Origin: Nitrospinaceae bacterium UBA7883
Lineage (GTDB): Bacteria > Nitrospinota_A > UBA7883
Length of the DNA stretch: 64,000 bases
Assembly (NCBI GenBank): GCA_002500605.1
Contig: DLRR01000021.1
Coordinates: 130,418 to 194,417, forward strand
Reading direction: 5' to 3'
How positions within the stretch are numbered: the stretch's first letter is position 1; each line of letters opens with the position of its first letter. Below the pieces are notes generated by a model that did not search any database, was not told where the DNA came from, and was given only the letters and a program-made list of their open reading frames with translations. This document shows positions 10,012 through 20,148 of the stretch, piece by piece. The translations under genes and the position numbers were made by a program.

Positions 10012-10540
10012 TAGCACTGAAATAACGACCTTAGACATGGGGTGTGGATCCGCCAAACAGAAAAATTCACTCGGTTTAGACATATTCAAGAGTCCGCATG
10101 TTGATGTTGTGGCCAACATGAACTTTCCAATGCCGTTCAAGGATGAATCTTTCCATGCTATTTACATGATTGACTCACTGGAGCATGTAGAAGATGTGGC
10201 AAAAACACTATCTGAGGCGAGTCGAATTCTTAAGCAGAGTGGTGTTATCAATGTGAGAACCCCTCATTTTTCATCTCTACATGCCTACAGTGACTTTACT
10301 CACAAACAGTTTTTCTCCGTAGAAGGACTTAAATCCTTATTGGAAAAGAATAGCTCGTACCAAGGATATGGCGTAAATAATTTGACGTTAACCCATGTGC
10401 GGTTAAAGTTATGGAAAGCGTGGCGCTTATTGGGCGTGGAGCTATTTGCAAATCTTTTCACGCAATATTATGAAAAACTGTTTGCCTTCTGGTTTCCTGC
10501 AATGTGTATTGAATTTAGTTTGACCAAAGAAACGAAATGA
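10004..10540 (+). CDS. Class I SAM-dependent methyltransferase (type 11-like)
   Basis: LDMGCGSAKQ (motif I), FHAIYMIDSLEHVED and ASRILKQSGVI are present. It overlaps the flippase stop. Confidence 0.7.
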   Translation: MNNSTEITTLDMGCGSAKQKNSLGLDIFKSPHVDVVANMNFPMPFKDESFHAIYMIDSLEHVEDVAKTLSEASRILKQSGVINVRTPHFSSLHAYSDFTHKQFFSVEGLKSLLEKNSSYQGYGVNNLTLTHVRLKLWKAWRLLGVELFANLFTQYYEKLFAFWFPAMCIEFSLTKETK

Positions 10541-10664
10541 GATAGATGTTTCAGCAATAATTCTAATTCGGTGAAAGTCCACTGTGACTTTTGTATCTAG
10601 CAAATTAGATATTTTTGCATTTTGTTACGGCAGATTTAGACATAATAGAGGACAGTCATCCAAG

Positions 10665-11795
10665 ATGAAAATTGGCATTGATATAAGAACTATAAACAAG
10701 CCCAAATCAGGAGTTGGCTATTACGTTACAAACCTATTAAAAGAGTTTGCTGAGGTTGATTACAATTGCCAGTACTGTCTAATTTCAAACGAAGGCACCG
10801 AAGAGTGGGCTTCAATAAACACGCCGAAGTTTCAAAACTATGTTACATGGATATCAAACGAAAATCACATAATTGGTGATTTATGGGAAAGCCTTTACCT
10901 CCCGTTTTTCCTTAAAAACGGGGGTGTAGACGTTTTCCATGGACCAGCTTTCATGATTCCTTTGCTGCAAAAAAAGAAAGTCCGCATGGTAGTAACAATA
11001 CACGATATAGTAGCCTATCTGATGCCAAACACCGTCCCGCTCAAATACGCGAAATACATGCAGTTGCTCATCAAACTCGTGGCAATGAGGGCAGACAAGA
11101 TAATCACCCCGTCAACCAGCACGAAAAATGATCTTATGAATTACCTCAACATTACCGACTCCAAAATTCAGGTTATCCATGAAGGCGTCTCAACCAAGTT
11201 TAAGCCACTATCTTCTGAGAAAGATCACAGCTACCTCCAAAAAAAGTTCGGAATCAAAAACCAATATATGCTTTTCATTGGCAATTTGGAACCGCGCAAG
11301 AACATAATACGGCTGATGCTTGCATATGACCAAGCCAGAGATAAGTTAAATGGAAATTGGCAGCTTGTAATATGTGGGAAAAAGGGGTGGTTGTACAAAG
11401 AAATATTGGAAACATACAATAAGCTAAAGAGAAACGGAGATATAGTATTGACCAATTATGTTAATGAGGTCGATCTTTTGGAACTATACAGGGGGGCTGA
11501 TATTTTTGCCTTTCCCACCCTTTACGAGGGATTTGGCTTGCCACCACTCGAAGCCATGGCCAGCGGTGTTCCTGTGCTTACTTCAAACGTTTCCTCTCTC
11601 CCGGAAATCGTAGGGGATGCTGCCCTACTTGTCGATCCAACAAGCGTGGATCAGATCAGTCAAGGTTTAGTAAAACTTGCACTATCCGAAAGCCTTCGAA
11701 AAAATTTGCGGGAAAAAGGGATCCGCCAAGCTTCCAAGTTCTCATGGAAGAAAACCGCAAAGGAAACTATGGATGCCTACTTTTCTGTTTTATAA
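10665..11795 (+). CDS. Glycosyltransferase family 4
   Basis: ATG at 10665 with RBS AGAGGA upstream. The C-terminal [38 protein letters not shown] matches GT4. Confidence 0.85.
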   Translation: MKIGIDIRTINKPKSGVGYYVTNLLKEFAEVDYNCQYCLISNEGTEEWASINTPKFQNYVTWISNENHIIGDLWESLYLPFFLKNGGVDVFHGPAFMIPLLQKKKVRMVVTIHDIVAYLMPNTVPLKYAKYMQLLIKLVAMRADKIITPSTSTKNDLMNYLNITDSKIQVIHEGVSTKFKPLSSEKDHSYLQKKFGIKNQYMLFIGNLEPRKNIIRLMLAYDQARDKLNGNWQLVICGKKGWLYKEILETYNKLKRNGDIVLTNYVNEVDLLELYRGADIFAFPTLYEGFGLPPLEAMASGVPVLTSNVSSLPEIVGDAALLVDPTSVDQISQGLVKLALSESLRKNLREKGIRQASKFSWKKTAKETMDAYFSVL

Positions 11796-11828
11796 ACAGT
11801 GTCGTGAAAAATTGTCGTTCAGTTTCTC

Positions 11829-12980
11829 ATGACAGGTCTAATCGGTCTTATAATTGCCTTAATTATTTTCTTTACAAGATTTTTACTCAGTCCTCTTGGC
11901 TTGGGCAGGGCACCGTCAAAAGTTTTGGGCCAGCAATTTTTCAAAGATAAAGCCGCTGATCTCTCTTTTCTTACATTGCTAATTGACGGCGAGCAGGCAT
12001 TTGGTACCATTTTTAATTCTATCGAAAATGCAAAACGAAATGTGTTCATCCAGGCTTTCATTTGGCGCGATGATGCTACTGGCAACCGCATGGTAAAACA
12101 AGTAATCAAAGCTACTGCAAGCGGAGCTTTTGTTACCATACGCAAGGATCTGCTTGGTTCATATTTTGAGATAAAAGATATGATAAAAGGGAAGCCTAGC
12201 CCTGTCTTTGCCAATTCGGTAATGAGAGGGCATGGTGCTATCCGTATTATTACAAATCTCTTCGACAGTTCGGACCATAGCAAATACTACATAGTAGACA
12301 GGGAAAAAATTATTTTGGGTGGTATGAATATAGCTCTTGAATACCGTAACGAAATGCACGACTACATGGTAATGGTTAATGACTTAACAGTTGTTATGGC
12401 GATGGAGCGAAAACTGATTGGAGATGGTGCTTATATGCCGAAGACCCCTGGGCTGTTTCTTGCAACTAACAACCATCGTAAATGCGAGATAATAACTGCG
12501 TATCTCGAGATGATTCGCAATGCAAAAGAGCGAGTGATTTTACAGCACGCCTATTTTTCGGATAGGGAAATTATTTCTACTATCATTGAGGTGGCAAGGC
12601 ATGGTATACAAGTTGATGTGATCATTCCAAAATCACCAGATGTTAATGTTTACGCCAACTTAATTTCAATAAACGTACTCCTAGGTTCCTCTGCAGCATG
12701 CAATATTAATGTTTGGCTTTATCCGGGGAGTATCCATGCCAAGGTTGGGTTGGCAGACGGAAAAGTAGCAGCTGTGGGCTCAGCAAATTTCACTCATAGA
12801 AGCATGAGAAGAAACCGTGAGCTAACATTGTTTGTCCATGGTTCACCAGAAGAAACATTTATCAGCGATCTTTCCACACAGATGGAAATTGATATAAAAA
12901 GCAGCGAACTGATTAAAACTCCCGTCAATCTATCCACTAAAGAACGCCTATTGGCCTTGTACGACTATGCTGTCTGGTGA
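11829..12980 (+). CDS. Phospholipase D-family protein (cardiolipin synthase-like) with an N-terminal TM anchor and two HKD motifs
   Basis: HSKYYIVDREKIILGGMNI and IHAKVGLADGKVAAVGSANFTHRS are two HxK(x4)D motifs. Confidence 0.75.
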   Translation: MTGLIGLIIALIIFFTRFLLSPLGLGRAPSKVLGQQFFKDKAADLSFLTLLIDGEQAFGTIFNSIENAKRNVFIQAFIWRDDATGNRMVKQVIKATASGAFVTIRKDLLGSYFEIKDMIKGKPSPVFANSVMRGHGAIRIITNLFDSSDHSKYYIVDREKIILGGMNIALEYRNEMHDYMVMVNDLTVVMAMERKLIGDGAYMPKTPGLFLATNNHRKCEIITAYLEMIRNAKERVILQHAYFSDREIISTIIEVARHGIQVDVIIPKSPDVNVYANLISINVLLGSSAACNINVWLYPGSIHAKVGLADGKVAAVGSANFTHRSMRRNRELTLFVHGSPEETFISDLSTQMEIDIKSSELIKTPVNLSTKERLLALYDYAVW

Positions 12981-13025
12981 TCCTTCAGCAATTGACGCTG
13001 ATGGTTAAAGGTTTATAATCGCCGG

Positions 13026-14102
13026 ATGAATAGAATTATTGCCACTTTTATTACATTATTGTTAACAGCTGCCCCTGTGTGGTCCAAACCGTTGTTTGAA
13101 ACTTACCAAGTGTTTACTCCTGAAGGATATATGAAGCCTCATGGGGCATCCATGGTGGAACTTAAGAATGGAAACATTTTGGCCACATGGTTTGCCGGTA
13201 AAGAGGAGGGGCATGCGGAAGCAAAAATAATCAGTTCCGTTTGGGACAGGGCAACAGGCAAATGGAGTGCCTCTTCCAACGTTGTACCCGCTGACTATTC
13301 CAAGTCAGTTGGCAACACATGCTTGTTCCGTGATGACGACGGTATCATATGGATGTTTTTCGCGTCGGTTAAGTTTGGAGGATGGAGCGGAGCCATGATT
13401 GATTATGTCCAATCCCATGATGAAGGAAAAACTTGGACAGAAGGTAAAAACTTGGTTCTGGCTTTAGGCAACCTGCCTCGTAACCCACCCATCAAAACAG
13501 GAGATCATAAGATTCTGTTGCCACTATTTGTAGATTTCATGTACGAATTGAATTTGGTTGGTTCTTACACAGCCATCATTGAGTACAAAAATGGCAAAAT
13601 ACTCTCCAAAACTTATGCCGAACTTGACAACCACAATGCGATACAGCCTGCTGTGGTAAAGCTTAAAGACGGCAGGATCCTACTCCTGGCACGAGACAAA
13701 TCAGGCAGGTTTGTGAGAAGATCCTATTCAAACAACAATGGCAAAACGTGGGGATCCGTCGATCTAACGGAACTGCCTAATCCAGATTCTGCTTTAGCCG
13801 CAATCATTGTAGAAGAATTGGATGCTGTTCTGGTGGCGTATAACCACTCGCATCTAAAACGGAATCCGCTTTCGCTTGCCATTTCAACTGATTATGGTCA
13901 ATCTTTTTCTAGAGTGGCCGATTTGGAGTTTAAACCAGGCAACCTTGATACTAGCTTTTCTTACCCTGCCATACTTCGCTCATCCGACGGATTTATCCAT
14001 TTACTTTGGTCACATGACAATCGGAAAACAATCAAACATGCCCGCTTCAACCTCCAATGGTTAATGGAAGTAATAAAAAATCCCAAAATAATGTATAAAT
14101 AA
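13026..14102 (+). CDS. Secreted BNR/Asp-box repeat protein, sialidase-like glycoside hydrolase fold; possibly a Kdo hydrolase subunit-like enzyme
   Basis: Signal peptide MNRIIATFITLLLTAAPVWS. Asp-box repeats are SHDEGKTW, SNNNGKTW and STDYGQSF. Confidence 0.6.
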   Translation: MNRIIATFITLLLTAAPVWSKPLFETYQVFTPEGYMKPHGASMVELKNGNILATWFAGKEEGHAEAKIISSVWDRATGKWSASSNVVPADYSKSVGNTCLFRDDDGIIWMFFASVKFGGWSGAMIDYVQSHDEGKTWTEGKNLVLALGNLPRNPPIKTGDHKILLPLFVDFMYELNLVGSYTAIIEYKNGKILSKTYAELDNHNAIQPAVVKLKDGRILLLARDKSGRFVRRSYSNNNGKTWGSVDLTELPNPDSALAAIIVEELDAVLVAYNHSHLKRNPLSLAISTDYGQSFSRVADLEFKPGNLDTSFSYPAILRSSDGFIHLLWSHDNRKTIKHARFNLQWLMEVIKNPKIMYK

Positions 14103-14210
14103 AGAAACTGGGCTTTTCTCATTACTAACCACAGAGGACTAATCTACCTTGACAGATTGCCCAGAGGTGGATAACTTATCTCACTTATCCTGTAATTTAA
14201 CGTTTCAATA

Positions 14211-15155
14211 ATGGTTAATACGGCTGTAGTTTTTCCTGGTCAAGGATCTCAGTTTGTCGGTATGGGCCGCGAGCTTATAGAGTCCTCAGTAAAAGCTAAA
14301 GAACGAGTAGAGGAAGCCAACGACATCGTTGGCTTTAATATTGGTAAACTAATGCTTGAAGGGCCGGAAAGTGAATTGAATCTAACCTCCAATACCCAGC
14401 CTTCAATGCTGCTAATTTCAGTTATGATTTACGAAGAAATACAAGCACAGTTTGATTTTACACCAGTAGCGTTAGCAGGGCACAGCCTTGGTGAATTCTC
14501 AGCATGCTGGGCCGCAGGTGCAATTGGTTTTTCAGATGCAATTAAGCTAGTTAAAAAGCGTGGTGAATTTATGCAATCGGCGGTACCAGTTGGAGAAGGT
14601 ATAATGGCTGCTATCATTGGGCTTGATGCTGATGCAGTTACAGCAATCTGTGATTCGATTGAGGGCGTAGTTGAGCCAGCAAACTTTAATAGCCCTGAAC
14701 AAGTGGTGATTGGAGGTCGGGTTGCAGCAGTAAAGCAGGCAATGAAAGTTGCAAGTGATAAAGGCGCAAAAAAAGTTGTGTCCCTTTCGGTAAGCGCTCC
14801 ATTCCACACAAGCTTAATGGAACCTGCTGGTGTGAAGTTAGCTAGAGAACTAGAAAACATTTCACTTACAGACCCTAACATCCCAGTGGTTAGAAACATT
14901 GATGCAAAAGTTAATAAGACTAGCAAAGATGTGAGAAATGCCTTAACCAAACAGGTTACAGGGTGTGTTCTTTGGGTTGATTGTATAAAAAAATTAAAGG
15001 AATTTGATGTTTCTCTCGCTTTTGAAGTGGGCGCAGGAAGGGTGTTAACAGGGCTTATGCGGCGGATTGACAGAGCACTCAAAACCATACCAATTCATAG
15101 TGTAATAGATATTAACAAAGCAGTGGAGGAGTTAAATGGGCAAACTCGACGGTAA
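14211..15155 (+). CDS. fabD: Malonyl CoA-ACP transacylase FabD
   Basis: FPGQGSQ and the active-site GHSLGEFSA are present. Confidence 0.92.
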   Translation: MVNTAVVFPGQGSQFVGMGRELIESSVKAKERVEEANDIVGFNIGKLMLEGPESELNLTSNTQPSMLLISVMIYEEIQAQFDFTPVALAGHSLGEFSACWAAGAIGFSDAIKLVKKRGEFMQSAVPVGEGIMAAIIGLDADAVTAICDSIEGVVEPANFNSPEQVVIGGRVAAVKQAMKVASDKGAKKVVSLSVSAPFHTSLMEPAGVKLARELENISLTDPNIPVVRNIDAKVNKTSKDVRNALTKQVTGCVLWVDCIKKLKEFDVSLAFEVGAGRVLTGLMRRIDRALKTIPIHSVIDINKAVEELNGQTRR

Positions 15156-15876
15156 AGCTGCCATTATAACTGGTTCGGCAAAAGGCATTGGAAGAGCTAT
15201 TGCAGTGGCCTTTGCAAAACATGGTGCCGATCTTTTATTAATTACACGCTCTACACCACTTGACAGGTTAGCTGAAACATGCAGAGCGCACGGATCCAAC
15301 GTCGAGTGCATCACAGCAGACATTTCAGACCCAGCACAGGCACTCGCTGCAATTGAAACATGCAAAGATGTATTTGGAAAAGTTGATATACTAGTAAATA
15401 ACGCTGGTATAGCTCGTGACGGACTGCTTGTTAGGATGAAAGATCATGATTTCGAACTAGTATTGAAAACAAATTTAACCGGCTCCTTCAACTGTCTCCG
15501 CGCTGCCACAAAAATAATGATGAAACAAAGATATGGTCGTATAATCAACATTTCCTCTGTTGCAGGGCAAATGGGAAATGTGGGGCAGATAAACTACTCC
15601 GCAGCAAAGGCTGGGCTAATTGGCATGACAAAGTCTGCGGCAAAGGAGTTAGCTAGTCGCTCTATTACTGTAAATGCAATAGCGCCAGGGTTTATAGCTA
15701 CGGACATGACAAATGCCATGTCCGATAGAGCCAAGGAAGAAGCTCTAAAACTTATACCTATGGGCAGATTAGGCGATGTGGATGATATAGCAGCCGGAGC
15801 ACTATTTTTGGCTTCTGATGATGCAGCGTACGTAACAGGCCATACGCTTTCGATAAATGGTGGTATGTATATGTGA
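15136..15876 (+). CDS. fabG: 3-oxoacyl-ACP reductase FabG (SDR)
   Basis: AIITGSAKGIGRAIA, NAGI and YSAAKAG are SDR motifs. The gene lies in fab-cluster context. Confidence 0.9.
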   Translation: MGKLDGKAAIITGSAKGIGRAIAVAFAKHGADLLLITRSTPLDRLAETCRAHGSNVECITADISDPAQALAAIETCKDVFGKVDILVNNAGIARDGLLVRMKDHDFELVLKTNLTGSFNCLRAATKIMMKQRYGRIINISSVAGQMGNVGQINYSAAKAGLIGMTKSAAKELASRSITVNAIAPGFIATDMTNAMSDRAKEEALKLIPMGRLGDVDDIAAGALFLASDDAAYVTGHTLSINGGMYM

Positions 15877-15941
15877 AGTTTATATTGGAATTATTAAAGT
15901 TTAAACTAAAATGTTGAAATCCGAAAATTGGAGAAAAACTT

Positions 15942-16187
15942 ATGGCATCTATTGAAGAAAAAGTAAAAGACATTATTATTGAGCAACTCGAAGTAGAAGG
16001 AAACCAAGTTACACCTGAAGCAAGGTTCGATTCTGACTTAGACGCTGATTCACTGGACGTTGTTGAATTGGTTATGGCCTTTGAGGAGGAGTTTGACATT
16101 GAAATTCCAGACGAGGATGCTGAGAAAATTCATACGGTCCAACAGGCGACGGATTACATTTCCACTGCAGCTAACGCTTCTGAATGA
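15942..16187 (+). CDS. acpP: Acyl carrier protein
   Basis: [26 protein letters not shown] with the phosphopantetheine Ser. Confidence 0.92.
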   Translation: MASIEEKVKDIIIEQLEVEGNQVTPEARFDSDLDADSLDVVELVMAFEEEFDIEIPDEDAEKIHTVQQATDYISTAANASE

Positions 16188-16260
16188 ATTTCTTGTGCTC
16201 TATTTAGAGATCACCTTGAAACATCACACCACACAGGTGAAACAAGACAGCCTTTAACAC

Positions 16261-17505
16261 ATGAAAGATATAGTTGTTACCGGTCTCGGGATGGTTACCC
16301 CGCTTGGAATAGGCGTTAACGAGTCATGGAATAATATTCTGAACTCTAAAAGTGGCATTGGGCCTATCACAAAGTTTGACACAACAGGCTATCCAGTTAC
16401 GATTGCCGGCGAAGTTAAAGGATTCGATCCACTAGATTATGTGAGCAGAAAAGAAGCAAAAAAAATGGATACATTTATCCATTTTGCCATAGCATGTGCC
16501 CAATTTGCTCTTGATGATGCAGGGATTGACTTTTCCAATATTTCTAACGAACTACGAAACAGGTTTGCTGTAATTATTGGAGTAGGAATAGGGGGGCTTC
16601 CTGAGATAGAACGAACAGCAACAATTTTAAAGGATCGTGGACCACGAAAGATATCACCCTTTTTTATTCCATCTGTACTTACAAACCTAGCTGCTGGCCA
16701 AGTATCGATTAAATTTGGGCTTAAGGGACCTAGTTCATGTCCAGTCACCGCATGCACAACCGGCTCATCAGCTATTGGGGATGCAGCAAAGCTTATAGAA
16801 CGAGGAGATGCAGATATTGCCCTTGCAGGTGGGTCAGAGGCAGCAATTACGGGTCTAGGTGTTGCAGGATTTGCAGCGGCTAAAGCACTGTCTAGACGAA
16901 ATGATGACCCAGAACGTGCATCACGACCATTTGACAATGACAGAGATGGGTTTGTAATGGGCGAGGGCTGTGGCATTGTTGTCTTAGAAAGTAAAGAAAG
17001 AGCTAAAGAACGCGGAGCAAAAATCTATGCGGAATTAGTTGGATATGGAATGAGTTCAGACGCATACCATATGACAGCTCCACCGGTAAACGGAGAAGGG
17101 GCTGTGGCGTGTATGACAAATGCGCTTAAAGATGCGGGAATAAAACCAGAAGAAGTTGGGTATATAAATGCGCATGCAACATCCACAATGGCAGACAGCA
17201 TTGAGACCAAGGCAATAAAAACCGCTTTTGGCAAACATGCGTACAAGCTGGCTATATCTTCCACCAAGTCTATGACAGGGCACCTATTGGGTGCGGCCGG
17301 GGGAGTGGAAAGCATATTAACTATTTTGGCTCTTCAAACTAGTCTAATTCCGCCAACAATTAACAATGATAATCCAGACCCAGAATGTGATTTATTTTAT
17401 GTTCCCAACAAATCAATAAAAAAAGGTATTAATTTTGCCTTATCAAACTCATTTGGTTTCGGTGGTGTTAACGGATCGCTGGTTTTCAAAAAGTTTGATC
17501 ACTAA
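16261..17505 (+). CDS. fabF: 3-oxoacyl-ACP synthase II FabF
   Basis: 414 aa KAS II with the active-site Cys region CTTGSSAIG, plus HATST and GHLLGAAG. Confidence 0.92.
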   Translation: MKDIVVTGLGMVTPLGIGVNESWNNILNSKSGIGPITKFDTTGYPVTIAGEVKGFDPLDYVSRKEAKKMDTFIHFAIACAQFALDDAGIDFSNISNELRNRFAVIIGVGIGGLPEIERTATILKDRGPRKISPFFIPSVLTNLAAGQVSIKFGLKGPSSCPVTACTTGSSAIGDAAKLIERGDADIALAGGSEAAITGLGVAGFAAAKALSRRNDDPERASRPFDNDRDGFVMGEGCGIVVLESKERAKERGAKIYAELVGYGMSSDAYHMTAPPVNGEGAVACMTNALKDAGIKPEEVGYINAHATSTMADSIETKAIKTAFGKHAYKLAISSTKSMTGHLLGAAGGVESILTILALQTSLIPPTINNDNPDPECDLFYVPNKSIKKGINFALSNSFGFGGVNGSLVFKKFDH

Positions 17506-17520
17506 AACGATAAACAGAGA

Positions 17521-18249
17521 ATGGATAAAAAACGATTAGCAGAACTAAAATGCCTGACTATGGTGTTTGGGTACACTTTGAGAGATGAGCAATTGTTTAA
17601 CAAATCTCTCACGCATAAATCATTTGCTAATGAAAACCAGCACCAGGGGTTAGAGATTCGCCATAACGAAAGATTTGAATTTCTTGGTGACTCCGTCATA
17701 GACCTCATTATCTCCCGTTATATGGTTTTTCAAAATCGAAACATGACTGAGGGAGAATTGTCTAAAATTAGGGCACAGCTGGTTAATGAATACTCCCTAG
17801 CAGAATTCGCAAAATCTATTGGTTTAGGTGAATATCTGTTACTTGGGAAAGGTGAGGAGGCAAGTGGCGGCAGAAACAAAACTTCAATACTGGCTAATTC
17901 TTTTGAGGCCCTCATTGCTGCTTTTTTTCTCGACTCATCATTTGACGAGACCTATGAGTTATTCCTAAATCTTTTCCGCGATAAAATAGACAGTATTACA
18001 ATAGAGAAAAAGATTACGGACTACAAAGGCCATCTTCAAAAACACTGCCAAGCCCACATTTTGTCAACACCTACATACAAACTGATTGATCAAAGCGGAC
18101 CAGACCACCAGAAGTCATTCAAGGTTCAAGCTTTCATTTTGGGAGATGCCTATGGAATCGGCACGGGGAAAACCAAGAAAGAGGCCGAACAAGCAGCTGC
18201 TAGAATTAGCTACGAAACCCTTTCGATGCAAAGTAAATATCACCCTTAG
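17521..18249 (+). CDS. rnc: Ribonuclease III
   Basis: ERFEFLGDSVIDLIIS signature with a C-terminal dsRBD. Confidence 0.9.
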   Translation: MDKKRLAELKCLTMVFGYTLRDEQLFNKSLTHKSFANENQHQGLEIRHNERFEFLGDSVIDLIISRYMVFQNRNMTEGELSKIRAQLVNEYSLAEFAKSIGLGEYLLLGKGEEASGGRNKTSILANSFEALIAAFFLDSSFDETYELFLNLFRDKIDSITIEKKITDYKGHLQKHCQAHILSTPTYKLIDQSGPDHQKSFKVQAFILGDAYGIGTGKTKKEAEQAAARISYETLSMQSKYHP

Positions 18250-18264
18250 TTAGTTGACGGCTTC

Positions 18265-18921
18265 ATGAACGTCGATATCAAGCTTAAAGTAGAAGAAATT
18301 TTTGCTTCCATTCAGGGTGAATCCACGCATGCCGGAACTCCTTGTGTAATGGTTCGCCTTGCCGGTTGTAATCTAGAATGCTTTTACTGTGACACAAAAA
18401 CAGCTATAAATTCGGCTGGGAAACCTATGACTATCACTAAAATAATGGACGTAGTAGGAAAGCATAGAATCAAGATGGTAGAAGTCACTGGAGGAGAACC
18501 GCTTTTACAACCAAGTTGTAATGTACTGATAGCCTCCCTTATCAAGGCAAAATACAAAACACTGGTAGAAACCAATGGAACAGTTAACCTTTCTTCTTTC
18601 CCTCGCGAAGCAAGCTATATTGTAGATATTAAAACTCCAGGTTCTGGCCATGCAGGGTCATTTCTGGAGTCTAATTATAAGAATCTTCAAAAACGTGACG
18701 AGGTGAAATTTGTTATATCTAGCAAAAGAGATTTTGATTGGGCATGTGAAATTGTAAACTCAGGCAAGCTAAATGAATGCGGGCAAATTCTCTACTCTCC
18801 TGCGGCAGGCAGTATCGAATATAAAAAACTTGCGGGGTGGATTATCAACTCTGGTGTTCGCGGCAGGTTAAATCTACAACTGCATAAAATCATATGGGGT
18901 CCAAATGAAGAAGGTGTGTAA
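18265..18921 (+). CDS. queE: Radical SAM 7-carboxy-7-deazaguanine synthase (QueE-like)
   Basis: GESTHAGTPCVMVRLAGCNLECFYCDT with a CX3CX2C cluster. The size fits QueE. Confidence 0.7.
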   Translation: MNVDIKLKVEEIFASIQGESTHAGTPCVMVRLAGCNLECFYCDTKTAINSAGKPMTITKIMDVVGKHRIKMVEVTGGEPLLQPSCNVLIASLIKAKYKTLVETNGTVNLSSFPREASYIVDIKTPGSGHAGSFLESNYKNLQKRDEVKFVISSKRDFDWACEIVNSGKLNECGQILYSPAAGSIEYKKLAGWIINSGVRGRLNLQLHKIIWGPNEEGV

Positions 18922-18983
18922 ACCCGACAATGTAATTGGATAAAAGGTCTATTCATATCTATGCGGAGTTAATACCTATAGGG

Positions 18984-20111
18984 CTACCCCGTAACCAGTC
19001 TTGCTATGTCATTGTAAAAAGCAAGTGCCATCAGACACAAAATTAACACTATTCCAAGTTGTTGCGCCAGTTCTTGGTACTTAATTTTAACTGGTTTGCC
19101 CATTATGGCCTCTAAACTATAAAAAACTATATGCCCTCCATCTAGTACTGGAATTGGAAGTAGGTTTAGTATGGCCAAGTTTACAGATATCAAACCAATA
19201 AAATGCAATAAGTCTACAAAACCTTTCTGCGCTTGTTGTCCTGCAAGTTGCATTATACCAATGGGGCCGGCGATTTGGTCTGCTGGGATGTCACGCGATA
19301 AAAGCTTTGATATGGACCAAAAGGTAAATTTTGTCATATTCCATGTCCAGACAACGCCCTTATAAATGGCCTGATGAATTGGATATGCTTGCTTTTCAGT
19401 TTTAGGGATCACACCGATTAGCCCGATAGTTATTTTTTGTCCGTCAATGGTTTTTGTATTAAAAACTTTGGGAATGATCTTCACATTCTTCATCCTGCCA
19501 CTAGAGCGCTGTATCGAAATGGTTATTTCTTTCCCCGGGGATTTGTGTATAGCATCACGCACTTGGTCCCATGATTCTACGTTGATTTCACCTACCGCAT
19601 CTATCCGGTCTCCAGGTAAAATACCCGCAACCTCAGCTGGATCGCCCGCCATCACTTTTGCTACAACTCTAATCGGTTTATCAATACCGTACATAAATGC
19701 AATGGATAATATTACAGCAGCCAAACCAAAGTTAAATACTGGACCAGCGGCTACAATTGGCAAGCGTTTCCACACGGGCTGGCTCAAAAAAGAGCCTTCC
19801 GGCATATCTTCGTGATCGCTCATTTCATCGCCGAAAAATTTTACATACCCTCCCAATGGTATCCACGCCAAGATATACTCTGTTTCACCAACCTTGCGAC
19901 TTATAATAGTTTTCCCAAATCCTACACTAAATTTTTCTACCCTTACGCCAAGCAAACGACCAACAATAAAGTGGCCAAACTCGTGCACAATGATAAGAAA
20001 CGCTAATATAGCAAGGGCTGATGCTCCAAACTGTATCCAGCCAACAGCACGCCCTACCAAAATCCCTGGATCAGTCGTTCCAACCAAGCTAAGCAGTGTT
20101 ATAATTTCCAT
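18984..20111 (-). CDS. rseP: RIP metalloprotease RseP (site-2 protease, M50 with PDZ)
   Basis: HEFGHFIVGRLLGV HExxH in TM1, a PDZ region, and the C-terminal LDGGH motif. Confidence 0.88.
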   Translation of the reverse strand: MEIITLLSLVGTTDPGILVGRAVGWIQFGASALAILAFLIIVHEFGHFIVGRLLGVRVEKFSVGFGKTIISRKVGETEYILAWIPLGGYVKFFGDEMSDHEDMPEGSFLSQPVWKRLPIVAAGPVFNFGLAAVILSIAFMYGIDKPIRVVAKVMAGDPAEVAGILPGDRIDAVGEINVESWDQVRDAIHKSPGKEITISIQRSSGRMKNVKIIPKVFNTKTIDGQKITIGLIGVIPKTEKQAYPIHQAIYKGVVWTWNMTKFTFWSISKLLSRDIPADQIAGPIGIMQLAGQQAQKGFVDLLHFIGLISVNLAILNLLPIPVLDGGHIVFYSLEAIMGKPVKIKYQELAQQLGIVLILCLMALAFYNDIARLVTG

Positions 20112-20148
20112 AATTTACCAGTTGTAGACCCATAACGAAGTTTATGAT

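Noticed and set aside
14429-15088. Long antisense ORFs inside well-supported genes. Examples are the 219 aa minus-strand ORF inside fabD, 16437-16976 inside fabF, 22526-23134 inside the REC-LpxC gene, and 19447-19815 inside rseP.
   Set aside because: They are shadow ORFs opposite conserved coding frames. They have no RBS, show low-complexity composition, and overlap genes with unambiguous homology.
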